Numbered from the stretch's first letter, positions 19,500 through 31,038 are shown. The stretch: DNA of 64,000 nt from an uncultured Candidatus Rokubacteria bacterium (GCA_963762145.1 CAVXJS010000015.1:160001-224000); one strand, 5' to 3'. Notes: generated by a model from the sequence alone, not told the origin. Numbers and translations are program-made.

Positions 19500-20588
19500 A
19501 TGCGATATCGATCGCTCAGGACGTTCACCGCCCTCGCCGTCGCCCTGGTCGGTGCGGCCTACCTAGGGTCCGCTTTGACCGCCCCGCCCGCCGAGGCCCA
19601 GCGCAAGGTACAGTGGAAGATGCCGAGCGCCTTCGGCAGCAAGCTGCCTCACCTCGGCACGTCCGCCACCCGCTTCGCCGACAACGTCAAGGTCATGTCG
19701 GGCGGCTCCCTCGAGCTGAAGTTCTTCGAGCCCGGCGCGCTGGTCCCCGCGCTCGAGTGCTTCGACGCGGTCTCCAAGGGCTCGGTGGAGTCGTGCTGGA
19801 CGACCCCCGGCTACCACACCGGCAAGTATCCCGCCCTCGCGTTCTTCACCACCGTGCCGTTCGGCCCCCAGATCGGCGAGTTCCTCGCCTGGAAGTGGTT
19901 CGGGGGCGGTAACGAGCTCCGCAACGAGATCTACGCCAAGCACAACCTGATCGCGCTCGACTGCTTCGCGATCGGGCCCGAGACGTCCGGGTGGTTCCGC
20001 AAGGAAGTCAAGAACGTGGCCGAGATGAAGGGCATCAAGATGCGCTTCTTCGGCCTCGGCGCCCAGGTGATGCAGAAGCTGGGCGTCAACACCCAGCTCA
20101 TGGCCGCCGCCGACATCTACCCCGCGCTGGAGCGGGGCGTCATCGACGCGACCGAATTCTCGATGCCGACGATGGACCTGGCGCTGGGCTTCCACCAGAT
20201 CGCCAAGAACAACTACTACCCGGGCTGGCACCAGCAGGTCTCGGTGAGCGAGCTGTTGATGAACAAGACGGAGTGGGACAAGCTCTCCGAGCAGCACAAG
20301 CGCATCATCCAGGTCGCGCTGAACGACGCGGTGATCCACACCTACGTCGAGACCGAAGCGAAGAATCCGCCGGTGATGCAGGAGATGAAGGACAAGCACA
20401 AGGTCATCAACCGCCGCTGGTCCGACGAGGACCTGGGCACGTTCGAGAAGGCGTGGCTCGAGGTGCTGGCCGAGGAGAGCGCCAAGGACCCCCTGTTCAA
20501 GAAGGTCGCCGACCATTTCCTCAACTGGCGGAAGACATACAAGATCTGGGGCGACGCCCAGGAATTGAAGAGCAGCTACATCAAGTAG
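19500..20588 (+). CDS. dctP: TRAP transporter substrate-binding protein (DctP/TakP-like)
   Basis: WKMPSAF, MSGG, GWFRKE, KMRFFG, YPALERGVIDATE, YYPGWH. Confidence 0.92.
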   Translation: MRYRSLRTFTALAVALVGAAYLGSALTAPPAEAQRKVQWKMPSAFGSKLPHLGTSATRFADNVKVMSGGSLELKFFEPGALVPALECFDAVSKGSVESCWTTPGYHTGKYPALAFFTTVPFGPQIGEFLAWKWFGGGNELRNEIYAKHNLIALDCFAIGPETSGWFRKEVKNVAEMKGIKMRFFGLGAQVMQKLGVNTQLMAAADIYPALERGVIDATEFSMPTMDLALGFHQIAKNNYYPGWHQQVSVSELLMNKTEWDKLSEQHKRIIQVALNDAVIHTYVETEAKNPPVMQEMKDKHKVINRRWSDEDLGTFEKAWLEVLAEESAKDPLFKKVADHFLNWRKTYKIWGDAQELKSSYIK

Positions 20589-20600
20589 CGCGCACGGAGC

Positions 20601-20628
20601 GCGTGGGGGGCCGTCCGGCCCCCCACGC
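20601..20628. terminator. Hairpin between convergent dctP and dctM
   Basis: 12-bp perfect stem gcgtggggggcc/ggccccccacgc with GTCC loop. Confidence 0.6.
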
Positions 20629-20630
20629 TT

Positions 20631-22028
20631 CTACTCAAGGAACCCGGCGAGCTTCGGCAGCCACAGCACGATGCTGGGAAAGTAGATGCAGAGCAGCAGC
20701 CCGACGACCTGCAGCGCCACGAAGGGATACATGCCCTTGTAGACATCGCTCATGGTCACGCCGGGCGGCGCGGTGCCCTTCATGTAGAACAGGGTGGCTC
20801 CGAAGGGCGGGGTCATGAACGCGGTCTGCAGATTGACCGCGACGAGCGTGCCGAACCAGGCCATCAGGTACTGGTTGCTGCCCAGGTGAGCGGAAAAATC
20901 GTACTTCGCGATGATCGGTCCGAACACCGGCAAAACGATCAGGCAGATCTCGATCCACTCGAAAGGAAACCCCAGGAGGAAGACGAGGACCATCACGAAG
21001 GCGAGCACCTCCCACCCGGTGTCGATCCCGAACGAGCCCAGCATCCCGATCATCAGCTCATCGCCACCCAACACCCGGAACACGTAGGAGAAGCCGGTCG
21101 CGCCCAGGAAGATCATGAAGACCAGGCCGTTGTTCTTGCAGCACGACCACAGGGCCTCGTTCATCATCTGGAGCGTCAGGCGCCGGTTCAGCGCCGCGAT
21201 GAGGAGGGAGCCGAACACCCCGACCGCCCCGCTCTCGGTCGGCGTGGCCCAGCCCGCGAAGATCGAGCCGATCACGATCACCATCAACGCGGTCATCGGG
21301 AACAGCCCCCGCCAGACCGCGGTCCAGAACTCGCCTCGGGTCTGGGGCCCGTACTCGGGCGGGAGCTTGGGCGCCTTCCGGGGCTGGAAAATCGCGACCG
21401 CGATGATGTAGAGCAGGTACAGCCCGGAGAGCACGAACCCCGGCATCGTGGCGGCGAGGAATAGGGCGCCCGCCGAGGTCACCAGCATCTCCGCCATCAC
21501 CACCAGCATGATCGCGGGCGGGATGAGGATCCCGAGGGTGCCGGCGGAGGCGATCGTCCCGATGGCCAGGCGCTTGTCGTAGCCGGAGGACAGCATCTGG
21601 GGCAGCGCGATGACCGAAAGGGTGACCACCGCCGCGCCCACCACCCCGATCGGCGCGGCCAGAATGGTGCCCATCACCATGACCGCGACCGCGAGGGCGC
21701 CCGGGACCCGTTTCAACAGCACCTCGGTGGCCTTCAGCATGTCCATCGCCGAGCCGGAGCGCTCGAGGACCGACCCCATGAAGATGAACATCGGGATCGA
21801 CGCCAGCACCGGGTCGGCGGCGACGCCACCCCACATGCGGAGCACCACGTCGTAGAGGCCGATCAGGTTGAACACCCCGAGCGCCCAGCCCGCGAGGGCG
21901 AACAGGAGCGCCATTCCGCCCATGATGAACGCGACCGGATAGCCCATGAAGATGACGAAGAACATCGCCACGAACATGATCAGGGCGAGGTGATCGGCGA
22001 TCCAGTCGAGCACGATGGAGATCTCCAC
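20631..22028 (-). CDS. dctM: TRAP transporter large permease
   Basis: GYPVAF, SIPMFIFMG, AGTLGILIPP, ATPTESGAVG, NLQTAFMTPPFG. Confidence 0.93.
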   Translation of the reverse strand: MEISIVLDWIADHLALIMFVAMFFVIFMGYPVAFIMGGMALLFALAGWALGVFNLIGLYDVVLRMWGGVAADPVLASIPMFIFMGSVLERSGSAMDMLKATEVLLKRVPGALAVAVMVMGTILAAPIGVVGAAVVTLSVIALPQMLSSGYDKRLAIGTIASAGTLGILIPPAIMLVVMAEMLVTSAGALFLAATMPGFVLSGLYLLYIIAVAIFQPRKAPKLPPEYGPQTRGEFWTAVWRGLFPMTALMVIVIGSIFAGWATPTESGAVGVFGSLLIAALNRRLTLQMMNEALWSCCKNNGLVFMIFLGATGFSYVFRVLGGDELMIGMLGSFGIDTGWEVLAFVMVLVFLLGFPFEWIEICLIVLPVFGPIIAKYDFSAHLGSNQYLMAWFGTLVAVNLQTAFMTPPFGATLFYMKGTAPPGVTMSDVYKGMYPFVALQVVGLLLCIYFPSIVLWLPKLAGFLE

Positions 22029-22032
22029 GGGG

Positions 22033-22593
22033 CTAGATTTCCAGCTCGGTGTGACCGATCTGCAGGTTGACCTCGTCCTCCGGCAGTCCCCCGAACAGGA
22101 AGACGATCACCCGGGCCAGGACGCTCAGGATGCCGAGCACCACCATCCAGAGCCCGGCCGCGTAGATGCCCTTGATGAGCCACCGGTAGCGGAGTCCGAC
22201 CGTACTGTCCGACTGCTCGGCGAGCGCGTAGGACGACGCGACGAAGTCCAGGCTGTGGTAGGCGACGAGCGCGCAGTACGGCAGCGCGAAGACCAGGCAG
22301 CCGACCAGCTCGATCCAGGCCTTGCGCCGGAACGTCAGCTTCTCGGTGAAGGAGTCGACCCGGGGATGCGCGTTGACCGTGTAGCCGTAGCCCATCCAGA
22401 GCGAGAAGAGGGCGGCGTGGAAATGCCACTCGAGCTCCTGGAGCTTGGTGAGGGGAACCGGGAGGCCGGTCTTGCGGGCGATGACGTCGAAGCACGTCAC
22501 CGCGGCCATGACCACGAGCAGCCACGCGGACGCCCGCGCGACCGACTCGAGCATCCGTCGCGTACCTTCAGAAAACTTGAGGAGAGCGGACAC
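22033..22593 (-). CDS. dctQ: TRAP transporter small permease
   Basis: LQELEWH, AHPRVD, four TM segments, directly upstream of dctM. Confidence 0.9.
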   Translation of the reverse strand: MSALLKFSEGTRRMLESVARASAWLLVVMAAVTCFDVIARKTGLPVPLTKLQELEWHFHAALFSLWMGYGYTVNAHPRVDSFTEKLTFRRKAWIELVGCLVFALPYCALVAYHSLDFVASSYALAEQSDSTVGLRYRWLIKGIYAAGLWMVVLGILSVLARVIVFLFGGLPEDEVNLQIGHTELEI

Positions 22594-22727
22594 GACACCA
22601 CTCCTTACTCCGCGGCGGGGCGAGCAGAGGGCGAGTGTCCGACGTGAAGCTCCCCGGTGCCGCGGGGCATGACGTTTTTACCCCGCCGGGGGCCTCGCGA
22701 AGCACGAGGGGGCCAGCGAGCGCGACC

Positions 22728-22928
22728 ACGCTAGGGTCGAACCGGAACGCTGTCAAGGACTATCTGTCATTGACAAGTGATCTGGCCGCTCGCGTTTGAC
22801 ACGTGATCTGACCGCTTTCGGCCCCCTGTGGAGCGGTCAGATCACGTGCTCTCGGGAGCAGTCAGATCATGTGCTCCCGACACCCGCTGTCAAGGACTCT
22901 TGACAGCGGGTGGTCACGCCCTTAAAAT
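22728..22928. promoter_or_regulatory. Divergent sigma70 promoters flanking a four-repeat operator-like array
   Basis: Plus: TTGACA 22900-22905, 17 nt, TAAAAT 22923-22928. Minus: TTGACA 22756-22751, 17 nt, TAGCGT. Repeats of GTGATCTG(A/G)C lie between them. Confidence 0.7.
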
Positions 22929-22997
22929 CCCGCAACTCGTCCCGTCCCGTTCCTTCGATTCGGATTTGGCCCGCTCCTCACACAAGGAGGTGCCCCG

Positions 22998-24140
22998 ATG
23001 AAAAGGTCCCTTGGAGTTTTCCTGGCCGGCATCGTCGCCGGCCTCCTCGTTGCGGTGGTCGTCCTCGGTGGGTTCTTCGCCGGTCGGGGCGCGCCACCTC
23101 CCGCCAGCGCCCAGACTCCGATCCGCTGGAAGATGCAGACCGCTTGGCCGCTGGGCGTGTTCCCCGACGATGCGGCCAAGCTGCTGGTGGCCACGATCGA
23201 CAAGACCTCCGGCGGCCGGCTCAAGATCGACGTGTCGCCGGCGGGCGCCGTCGTCCCGCCCTTCGAGATCCAGGACGCGGTGAGCCGCGGCGTCCTGGAC
23301 GCCGGGCACACCACCCCCGGGTACATCATCGGCAAGCTGCCCGCCTTCATCCCCCTGACCCACGGGCCCCTCTTCGGCATGGACTTCATCGACTACTACG
23401 GCTGGTACTGGGAAGGCGGCGGGCACGAGCTGCTCCAGGAAGCCTACCAGCAGAAGCTGAAGATGAACGTGGTCAGCTTCCAGGTCCATCCGGAAGGTCC
23501 CCAGGCGATGGGATGGTTCAAGAAGGAGATCCGAACCTTCAACGACATCAAGGGGCAGCGGTACCGCATCTTCGGGATCGGCGCCGAGACCTACAGCAAG
23601 CTCGGCATCGCCACCGTGACGCTCCCGGGCGGCGAGATCGTCCCGGCCCTCGAGCGGGGCGCGATCGACGGCGCGGAGTGGGTCAACTGCTCCGACGACA
23701 AGATCCTGGGCATCGACAAGATCGCCAAGTTCCACTACGCCCCGGGGATGCACGAGCCGGTCACGGTCGGCGAGTTCATCATCAACAAGGCGAAGTATGA
23801 CGCGCTGCCCGCCGACCTGAAGGAGATCGTCAAGGTCTCCGTCCAGGCCTCCTACTGGAATCACTTCGTCCGCTTCCAGGAGAAGACGGCCAAGGCCTGT
23901 GTGGACATGCTCGCTTCGGGCGTCAAGATCATCAAGACGAGCGACGAGCTGAACCGAAGCTTCCTGAAGGCGTACGACGACATCCAGGCGGCGAACGCGG
24001 CCAAGGACGACTTCTACCGGAAGGTCATCGACTCGCAGAAGAAGTACTCCGCCCTGGTGGTGCCCTACCGGATGTCGTACTGGCCGAACTACAACTTCAT
24101 CGGAGAGCACTACTACAAGGACAAGATCTGGCTGAAATAG
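22998..24140 (+). CDS. dctP: TRAP transporter substrate-binding protein
   Basis: WKMQTAW, TSGGRLKI, GWFKKE, VPALERGAIDGAE. Confidence 0.92.
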   Translation: MKRSLGVFLAGIVAGLLVAVVVLGGFFAGRGAPPPASAQTPIRWKMQTAWPLGVFPDDAAKLLVATIDKTSGGRLKIDVSPAGAVVPPFEIQDAVSRGVLDAGHTTPGYIIGKLPAFIPLTHGPLFGMDFIDYYGWYWEGGGHELLQEAYQQKLKMNVVSFQVHPEGPQAMGWFKKEIRTFNDIKGQRYRIFGIGAETYSKLGIATVTLPGGEIVPALERGAIDGAEWVNCSDDKILGIDKIAKFHYAPGMHEPVTVGEFIINKAKYDALPADLKEIVKVSVQASYWNHFVRFQEKTAKACVDMLASGVKIIKTSDELNRSFLKAYDDIQAANAAKDDFYRKVIDSQKKYSALVVPYRMSYWPNYNFIGEHYYKDKIWLK

Positions 24141-24277
24141 CCCGTTGGTGAGGCGGGACCCCGGACGGCGGAGCGGCGCCAACCCGCCGTCCGGGCCTTC
24201 GACAAAGCGCTCCGCCGACCCACGGATTCACTTTCCCTGAGCTCGGCTCTAATGTCCGCGAACCGAAGGGAGGGGCC

Positions 24278-24862
24278 GTGGCGACGGCTGCGCCGGTAGA
24301 ACCCGAGCATCGTGACGCGAGTCCGGCCTACCGGACTACGATCGAGCTGATCGACCGCTTCGCAAGCTACGTCGGCCGCATCACCGCGTGGCTCATCATC
24401 CCGATGACTATCGCGGTCACCTGGGAGGTGGTCGCCCGCCACTTCTTCCGCGCCCCCACCATCTGGGCCTTCGACGTGATCTACATGATGTACGGCACCC
24501 ACTTCATGCTGGGAACCGCCTACACCCTCATGCGCATCGGCCACGTGCGCACCGACATGCTCTATTCGCGCTGGTCCATCCGCCGCCAGAACCGGATCGA
24601 CGCGATCGGCTACTTCTTCTTCTTCTTTCCGGCCATGATCTTTCTGTTCTACTTCGGCTGGCAGGAGGCCTATCACGCGTTCCAGATCGGGGAGACCTCG
24701 GACGCGAGCCCGTGGCGGCCGATCGTCTGGCCGTTCAAGTTCGTCATCCCGTTCACCGCGCTGTTCATGCTCATCCAGGGCGTCGCGGAGCTCATGAAGA
24801 GCCTGTACGCCATCCGGACCGGCCGCGAGTGGGTCCATCGTGAACACTTGGAGATCGGATGA
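24278..24862 (+). CDS. dctQ: TRAP transporter small permease
   Basis: EVVARHFFRAPTIWA, GHVRTD. Confidence 0.9.
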   Translation: MATAAPVEPEHRDASPAYRTTIELIDRFASYVGRITAWLIIPMTIAVTWEVVARHFFRAPTIWAFDVIYMMYGTHFMLGTAYTLMRIGHVRTDMLYSRWSIRRQNRIDAIGYFFFFFPAMIFLFYFGWQEAYHAFQIGETSDASPWRPIVWPFKFVIPFTALFMLIQGVAELMKSLYAIRTGREWVHREHLEIG

Positions 24863-26178
24863 GCCCCGAGCTGCTCGGCGCGTTTATGCTGGTGTTGATG
24901 CTGGGGGCCATCTTCATCGGCTTCCCGATCTCGTTCACCTTGCTGCTCCTCGCCCTGATCTTCGGCTGGGCCGGCCTCGGCGACCGGGCCTTCTACATCA
25001 TGGTCTTCCAGACCATCGGCCTCATGAAAGAAGAGGTGCTGGCCGCGGTCCCGCTCTTCATCTTCATGGGCTACCTCATGGAGCAGGGCGGGCTCATGGA
25101 TCGTCTGTTCAAGGGTTTTCAGCTCATGATGGGGCCGGTGCCCGGCTCGCTGTACGTGGGCGTGCTCATCACCGCCACCATCTTCGGGATCGCCGCGGGG
25201 ACGGTGGGCGCGACGGTGGTCCTGATGGGCATCATGGCGGTGCCAATCATGACGAAGGCCGGGTACAACATCCCGATGTCGGCGGGGGCCATCACCGCCG
25301 GCGGCACCCTCGGCATCCTCGTTCCCCCCAGCGTCATGCTGGTCGTGATGGGCCCGGTGATGGGGGTCTCGGTCGCCGAGCTCTATGCCTCGTGCTTCGG
25401 CCCCGGGTTCCTCCTGGCGGCAATCTTCATCATCTACTGTCTCGTCCGGAGCATTATCAACCCGAAGCTCGGGCCGCCCCTCCCGGTCGAGGAGCGAACC
25501 GGGAGCATCACGCAGATCGCCATCGAGCTGACGCTGGGAATGGTGCCGCACGCCATCCTCATCATCGCGACCCTCGGGACGATCGTCTGGGGCTGGGCGA
25601 CACCCACCGAAGCCGCCGCGATGGGCGTCGTGGGCGCCGCATTCCTCGCGGTGATCTACGGGCAGTTCACGTGGCTGCGGCTCAGGGACGCCGTGTACAA
25701 CACGCTGCTCCAGTCCAGTACCGTCATCTTCCTCGCGGTCTGCGGCAACGTCTTCGGGGCGGTGTTCTCGAGGCTGGGCACCGCTACGATGGCCACCGAC
25801 GCACTCCTCGCGTGGCAGATCCCGCCGGTGGCGATGTTGACCCTGATCATGGTGGTCATCTTCCTGCTCGGCTGGCCCTTCGAGTGGCCGGCCATCATCC
25901 TGGTCTTTGTCCCTCTCATGCAGCCGGTCATCGTGGCGATGAAGATCGACATGCTGTGGTTCGCCACCCTCATCGCGATCAATCTGCAGACCGCTTTCCT
26001 CTCGCCACCGGTGGCCATGTCCGCGTATTACCTCAAGGGGGTGGCGCCCCAGTGGTCGCTCGGGGACATCTACCGGGGCATGGGGCAGTTCATGGTCCTC
26101 CAGCTCATCGGACTGGCCCTCTGCATCATCTTCCCCGAGATCTCCCTCTGGCTTCCGCGCTACCTGTTCGGCAAGTAA
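24859..26178 (+). CDS. dctM: TRAP transporter large permease
   Basis: GFPISF, AVPLFIFMG, GGTLGILVPPS, NLQTAFLSPP. Confidence 0.93.
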   Translation: MSPELLGAFMLVLMLGAIFIGFPISFTLLLLALIFGWAGLGDRAFYIMVFQTIGLMKEEVLAAVPLFIFMGYLMEQGGLMDRLFKGFQLMMGPVPGSLYVGVLITATIFGIAAGTVGATVVLMGIMAVPIMTKAGYNIPMSAGAITAGGTLGILVPPSVMLVVMGPVMGVSVAELYASCFGPGFLLAAIFIIYCLVRSIINPKLGPPLPVEERTGSITQIAIELTLGMVPHAILIIATLGTIVWGWATPTEAAAMGVVGAAFLAVIYGQFTWLRLRDAVYNTLLQSSTVIFLAVCGNVFGAVFSRLGTATMATDALLAWQIPPVAMLTLIMVVIFLLGWPFEWPAIILVFVPLMQPVIVAMKIDMLWFATLIAINLQTAFLSPPVAMSAYYLKGVAPQWSLGDIYRGMGQFMVLQLIGLALCIIFPEISLWLPRYLFGK

Positions 26179-26211
26179 CGCCCAAGTAATCCCAATAACG
26201 GAGGACGTGCC

Positions 26212-27339
26212 ATGAAACCCCGCAAGCTCATCGTCGCCTGGATCGCCTTTGCGCTGCCGGTGCTGATCCTCGCCGCGGTCCTCTGGCGCGGCCCCGGAGA
26301 CGCCGGGGCACAGCAGAAGATCGTCTGGAAGGTGCAGAGCACGTGGCCGGCCAACAACCTCCTGCACATCTCCGCCCTCGAGCTGGCCAAGATGGTGGAG
26401 GAGATGTCGGGCGGCCGCCTCAAGTGGGAGATGTCGGCAGCGGGCACCACGGTGCCCGCCTTCGAGGTGCTCGATGCGGTCAACCGCGGGATCATTGACG
26501 CCTCCCATGCCTGGCCGGGCTACTGGGCGGGCAAGAACTCCGCGGCCGGCCTGTTCGCGCCCGGCCCCGGCGGGCCCTTCGGCATGGACCGCGAGGAGTA
26601 CCTCGGCTGGCTCTTCGCGGGCGGCGGGCTCGAGCTCTACAACGAGATGCTGCAGAAAGAGCTGAAGATGAACGTGGTGGTGCCGGTCTTCACCACCAGC
26701 CTGCCCTACTGGGAGCCGCTCGGCTGGTTCAAGAAGCCGTTCAACAGCCTCGACGACCTGCGCAAGATGCGGTTCCGCACCTCCGGCCTGGGCATGGAGA
26801 TGATGAAGGGCATGGGCGTCTCGGTGGTGACGCTCGCCGGCGGCGAGGTCATCCCCGCGCTCGAGCGAGGCGCCATCGAGGGCGCGGAGTGGGCCGTCCC
26901 GAGCCACGACATCCTCATGGGGTTCCAGAACGTGGCCAAGAACTACTACATGCCGGACCTGCGCCAGCCCGCCTCCTATCAGGAAGTGCTGATCAACAAG
27001 GCCAAGTGGGACGCGCTGCCGAAGGACCTCCAGGCGATCGTGAAGTGGGCCGGCATGGCCGAGATCATCCGCATGACCGCCTACAGCGTGGACCAGGACA
27101 GCAAGGCGGTGGAGGAGCTCGAGAAGAAGCATGGCGTCAAGATCCTCAAGACGCCGGACGACGTCCTCAAGGCCCAGCTCCCCGCCATCGACAAGGTGTA
27201 CGAGGCCGAGGCGCAGAAGAACCCCTTCTTCGCCAAGGTCCTCAAGTCCCAGAAGGACTTCGCCTCCCGGGCGGTGCCCCACGCCCAGAAGATCCGGCCG
27301 CCCATCGAGGTGGTCGTGGCCCACTACTGGAAGAAGTAG
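26212..27339 (+). CDS. dctP: TRAP transporter substrate-binding protein
   Basis: WKVQSTW, EMSGGRL, GWFKKP, IPALERGAIEGAE. Confidence 0.92.
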   Translation: MKPRKLIVAWIAFALPVLILAAVLWRGPGDAGAQQKIVWKVQSTWPANNLLHISALELAKMVEEMSGGRLKWEMSAAGTTVPAFEVLDAVNRGIIDASHAWPGYWAGKNSAAGLFAPGPGGPFGMDREEYLGWLFAGGGLELYNEMLQKELKMNVVVPVFTTSLPYWEPLGWFKKPFNSLDDLRKMRFRTSGLGMEMMKGMGVSVVTLAGGEVIPALERGAIEGAEWAVPSHDILMGFQNVAKNYYMPDLRQPASYQEVLINKAKWDALPKDLQAIVKWAGMAEIIRMTAYSVDQDSKAVEELEKKHGVKILKTPDDVLKAQLPAIDKVYEAEAQKNPFFAKVLKSQKDFASRAVPHAQKIRPPIEVVVAHYWKK

Positions 27340-27508
27340 ACCCCGTCGCCTCACCCTCCGGGCCCTCCCGCCGACGGCCGGCCCCGCCGGCGGGAGGGCT
27401 CCCACCCTGCCCCCGGTGAGCCGCAACTGCCCGCCAAGCTGTGCTAGTATCGGCGCCCAGAGCCCGGAGCACCCGACTTCGGGGAACCTATTTGAGGGAG
27501 AGCGCCCA

Positions 27509-28602
<1,094 letters not shown>

Positions 28603-28603
<1 letters not shown>

Positions 28604-28648
28604 GGAACGCGGCGGGGGAGGCGGTGACCCGCCCCCCGCCGCGTTCCC
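28603..28648 (+). terminator. GC-rich hairpin after the ATPase gene
   Basis: gggaacgcggcggggg...ccccgccgcgttccc long stem. Confidence 0.55.
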
Positions 28649-28655
28649 ACGGGGC

Positions 28656-28684
28656 TTGACAACGGTCGGGCCACCGGCTAGAAG
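28656..28684 (+). promoter_or_regulatory. Sigma70-like promoter
   Basis: TTGACA, 17 nt, TAGAAG upstream of the SBP gene. Confidence 0.4.
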
Positions 28685-28782
28685 TGGGCCGTCCTAGCCT
28701 GCTCAACGTTGAGGAGGTGAGAACAAAAGCGCCAGGGTTCTCCATATGGTCCGAGACCTCCCGACTCCGACGGAGGCTATTC

Positions 28783-30096
28783 ATGGATCAGACGGCTCCC
28801 CGTAAGATGCAACGGCGTCAGTTCCTTCGCATCGCCTCCGGCACCACGGCCGGAATGGCCTCTTGGCTCGCCCTCGGCAAGGCACCCGCCTTCGCCCAGA
28901 AGCGCGAGCTGACCTTCCTCTCCTGGAACCACTTCGTGCCCGCGTCCGACGACGAGCTCCGCAAGCAGGCGGAAGCCTTCGGCAAGGCCAACAACTGCAC
29001 GGTGCGGGTGGACACCATGGCGCACCTGCAGATGCCCTCCAAGATCGCCGCCGAGGCCCAGTCACAGTCGGGCCACGACATGTACCGGACCGCGAGCGCC
29101 GACCCGTTCCTCTACGAGAACCTCCTCGTCACGATGGACGATCTGGTCGCCAAGGTCGGCAAGCAGGGCGGTGGCTGGTACAACTTCGCGGCGGAGAGCT
29201 GTCAGACCAAGTCCGGCTGGAAAGCCGTCCCGTGGTTCTGGGTCTCGTTCCCCGGCACCTACAACATGGCCCACTTCAAGAAGGCGGGCTTCGAGCAACC
29301 TCCGAAGACCTGGGACGAGCTGCTGAAGATGGGCAAGGTGCTCAAGAAACAGGGTAACCCGGTGGGCATTCCCATCAGCCACTGCTCGGACGCGCACTCG
29401 ACGTACTGGTCGGTGGCGTGGTCGCAGGGCGCCAAGGTGCTCGAGGCCGACGGCAAGACACCGGCCATCGTCTCCGAGAAGACGGCGGCTGTCATCGAAT
29501 GGTACAAGGAGCTCTATCGGGACGCGATGGAGCCCGAGGTCCTGTCCTGGGACGACGCGGGTAACAACCGCTTCATCCTCTCCGGCAAGGGCTCCTGGAT
29601 CCACAACCCGGTGAGCCCGTACAATGCCGCGCTCGCCAACAAGCAGCCCATCGCCGACGACATCAACCACCACAATAGCCCCGGGGGACCGGCGGGCATC
29701 CACTCGGCACCGCCAAACCTGAGCATCGGCATCTGGAAGTTCTCGAAGAACCAGGAACTGGCCAAGGAGTTCATCACCTACCTGTTCCAGAAGCAGAACT
29801 TCGACGCATGGATCGTCGCGTCGAACGCCTTCAACCATCCGCCGCTCAAGAACCTCGCCGACCATCCGATCTGGGCGCGGAACCCGAAGTTCGCCATGCT
29901 GCCCAAGGAGGCCGAGTACGCGCACCCACGCGGCTGGCCGGCCAAGCCGAGCGAAGCGGTTCAGCGCATCGACGACAACTACATCATGACCGACATGGTG
30001 GCCAAGGCGGTCAACGGCATGCCGACCAAGCGCGCCATGGACTGGGCCCAGGAGCAGATCGCGCTCGCGGTCAAGGGACAGTTGAAGGTCGGCTAG
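28783..30096 (+). CDS. CUT1 ABC substrate-binding protein, Tat signal
   Basis: QRRQFLR, PAFAQ, WNHFVPASD, WDDAGNNRF. Confidence 0.92.
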   Translation: MDQTAPRKMQRRQFLRIASGTTAGMASWLALGKAPAFAQKRELTFLSWNHFVPASDDELRKQAEAFGKANNCTVRVDTMAHLQMPSKIAAEAQSQSGHDMYRTASADPFLYENLLVTMDDLVAKVGKQGGGWYNFAAESCQTKSGWKAVPWFWVSFPGTYNMAHFKKAGFEQPPKTWDELLKMGKVLKKQGNPVGIPISHCSDAHSTYWSVAWSQGAKVLEADGKTPAIVSEKTAAVIEWYKELYRDAMEPEVLSWDDAGNNRFILSGKGSWIHNPVSPYNAALANKQPIADDINHHNSPGGPAGIHSAPPNLSIGIWKFSKNQELAKEFITYLFQKQNFDAWIVASNAFNHPPLKNLADHPIWARNPKFAMLPKEAEYAHPRGWPAKPSEAVQRIDDNYIMTDMVAKAVNGMPTKRAMDWAQEQIALAVKGQLKVG

Positions 30097-30097
30097 G

Positions 30098-31036
30098 ATG
30101 GCCGTCGGACCACGCGTTCTGGAGGCGGCCGGGCTCCCGGGGCCCGGCCGCCACTCACGGCTTCGCGAGTGGTGGGAGCAGGAGCACGTCTTCGGTTACA
30201 GCCTCATCGTGCCGGCCCTGGTGCTGCTCGTCGCGCTGGTCGCCTTCCCCTTCGGGATGGCGATCTACTTCAGCCTCTCCGATTACTGGGTCGGATCACC
30301 CGGCGCCTTCGTGGGCCTGTCGAACTACCGCGACATCCTCGGCAACGAGACGTTCCGCCAGACGGTGCAAAACTCCTTCGTGTTCACCGGCATCGCGCTC
30401 ACCCTCAAGGTCGTGCTCGGGGTCTGGCTCGCGATGCTCCTGTCCCGGAATCTGAAGTTCAAGCGCATCATCCGCGGCGTCGTCCTCCTGCCCTTCGTCA
30501 TCCCGACGGCGCTGTCGACCCTGGCATGGCTCTGGATGTTCGATTCGCTCTACAGTGTCGTCAACTGGACTGCCATCCACCTGCACCTGATCAACGCGCC
30601 GGGGCCCAACTGGCTCGGCCAGTCCGCGTACGCCATGACCGCAGTCATCGCCGTCAATGTCTGGCGTGGCCTGCCCTTCTTCGCCATCACCGTTCTGGCG
30701 GGGTTGATGGCGGTGCCCAAGGAGTTCCACGAAGCCGCCGAGGTAGACGGGGCCAGCTCGTGGGGGCGCTTCTGGCACGTGACCCTCCCCCTGATCAAGC
30801 CGGTGCTTGCGGTGGTCATCCTCTTCTCGACGATCTTCACCTTCGCCGACTTCAACATCGTCCAGGTGTTGACCCGCGGAGGCCCGATCAACACGACCCA
30901 CCTCTTCGCCACCCTCGCATACCAGGTCGGCCTCCAGGGCGGAAACCTCGGCCAGGGCGCGGCGATCTCCCTCTTCCTCTTCCCCCTCCTGGCGCTGGTG
31001 GTGTTCCTCCAACTCCACTACGTCAGGAAGGACTAG
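30098..31036 (+). CDS. CUT1 ABC permease (MalF-like)
   Basis: NVWRGLPF, EAAEVDGA, LTRGGP. Confidence 0.92.
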   Translation: MAVGPRVLEAAGLPGPGRHSRLREWWEQEHVFGYSLIVPALVLLVALVAFPFGMAIYFSLSDYWVGSPGAFVGLSNYRDILGNETFRQTVQNSFVFTGIALTLKVVLGVWLAMLLSRNLKFKRIIRGVVLLPFVIPTALSTLAWLWMFDSLYSVVNWTAIHLHLINAPGPNWLGQSAYAMTAVIAVNVWRGLPFFAITVLAGLMAVPKEFHEAAEVDGASSWGRFWHVTLPLIKPVLAVVILFSTIFTFADFNIVQVLTRGGPINTTHLFATLAYQVGLQGGNLGQGAAISLFLFPLLALVVFLQLHYVRKD

Positions 31037-31038
31037 CC

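Noticed and set aside
22771-22876. Repeats as a mini CRISPR array
   Set aside because: Spacers only about 5 nt, mixed orientation, no cas genes
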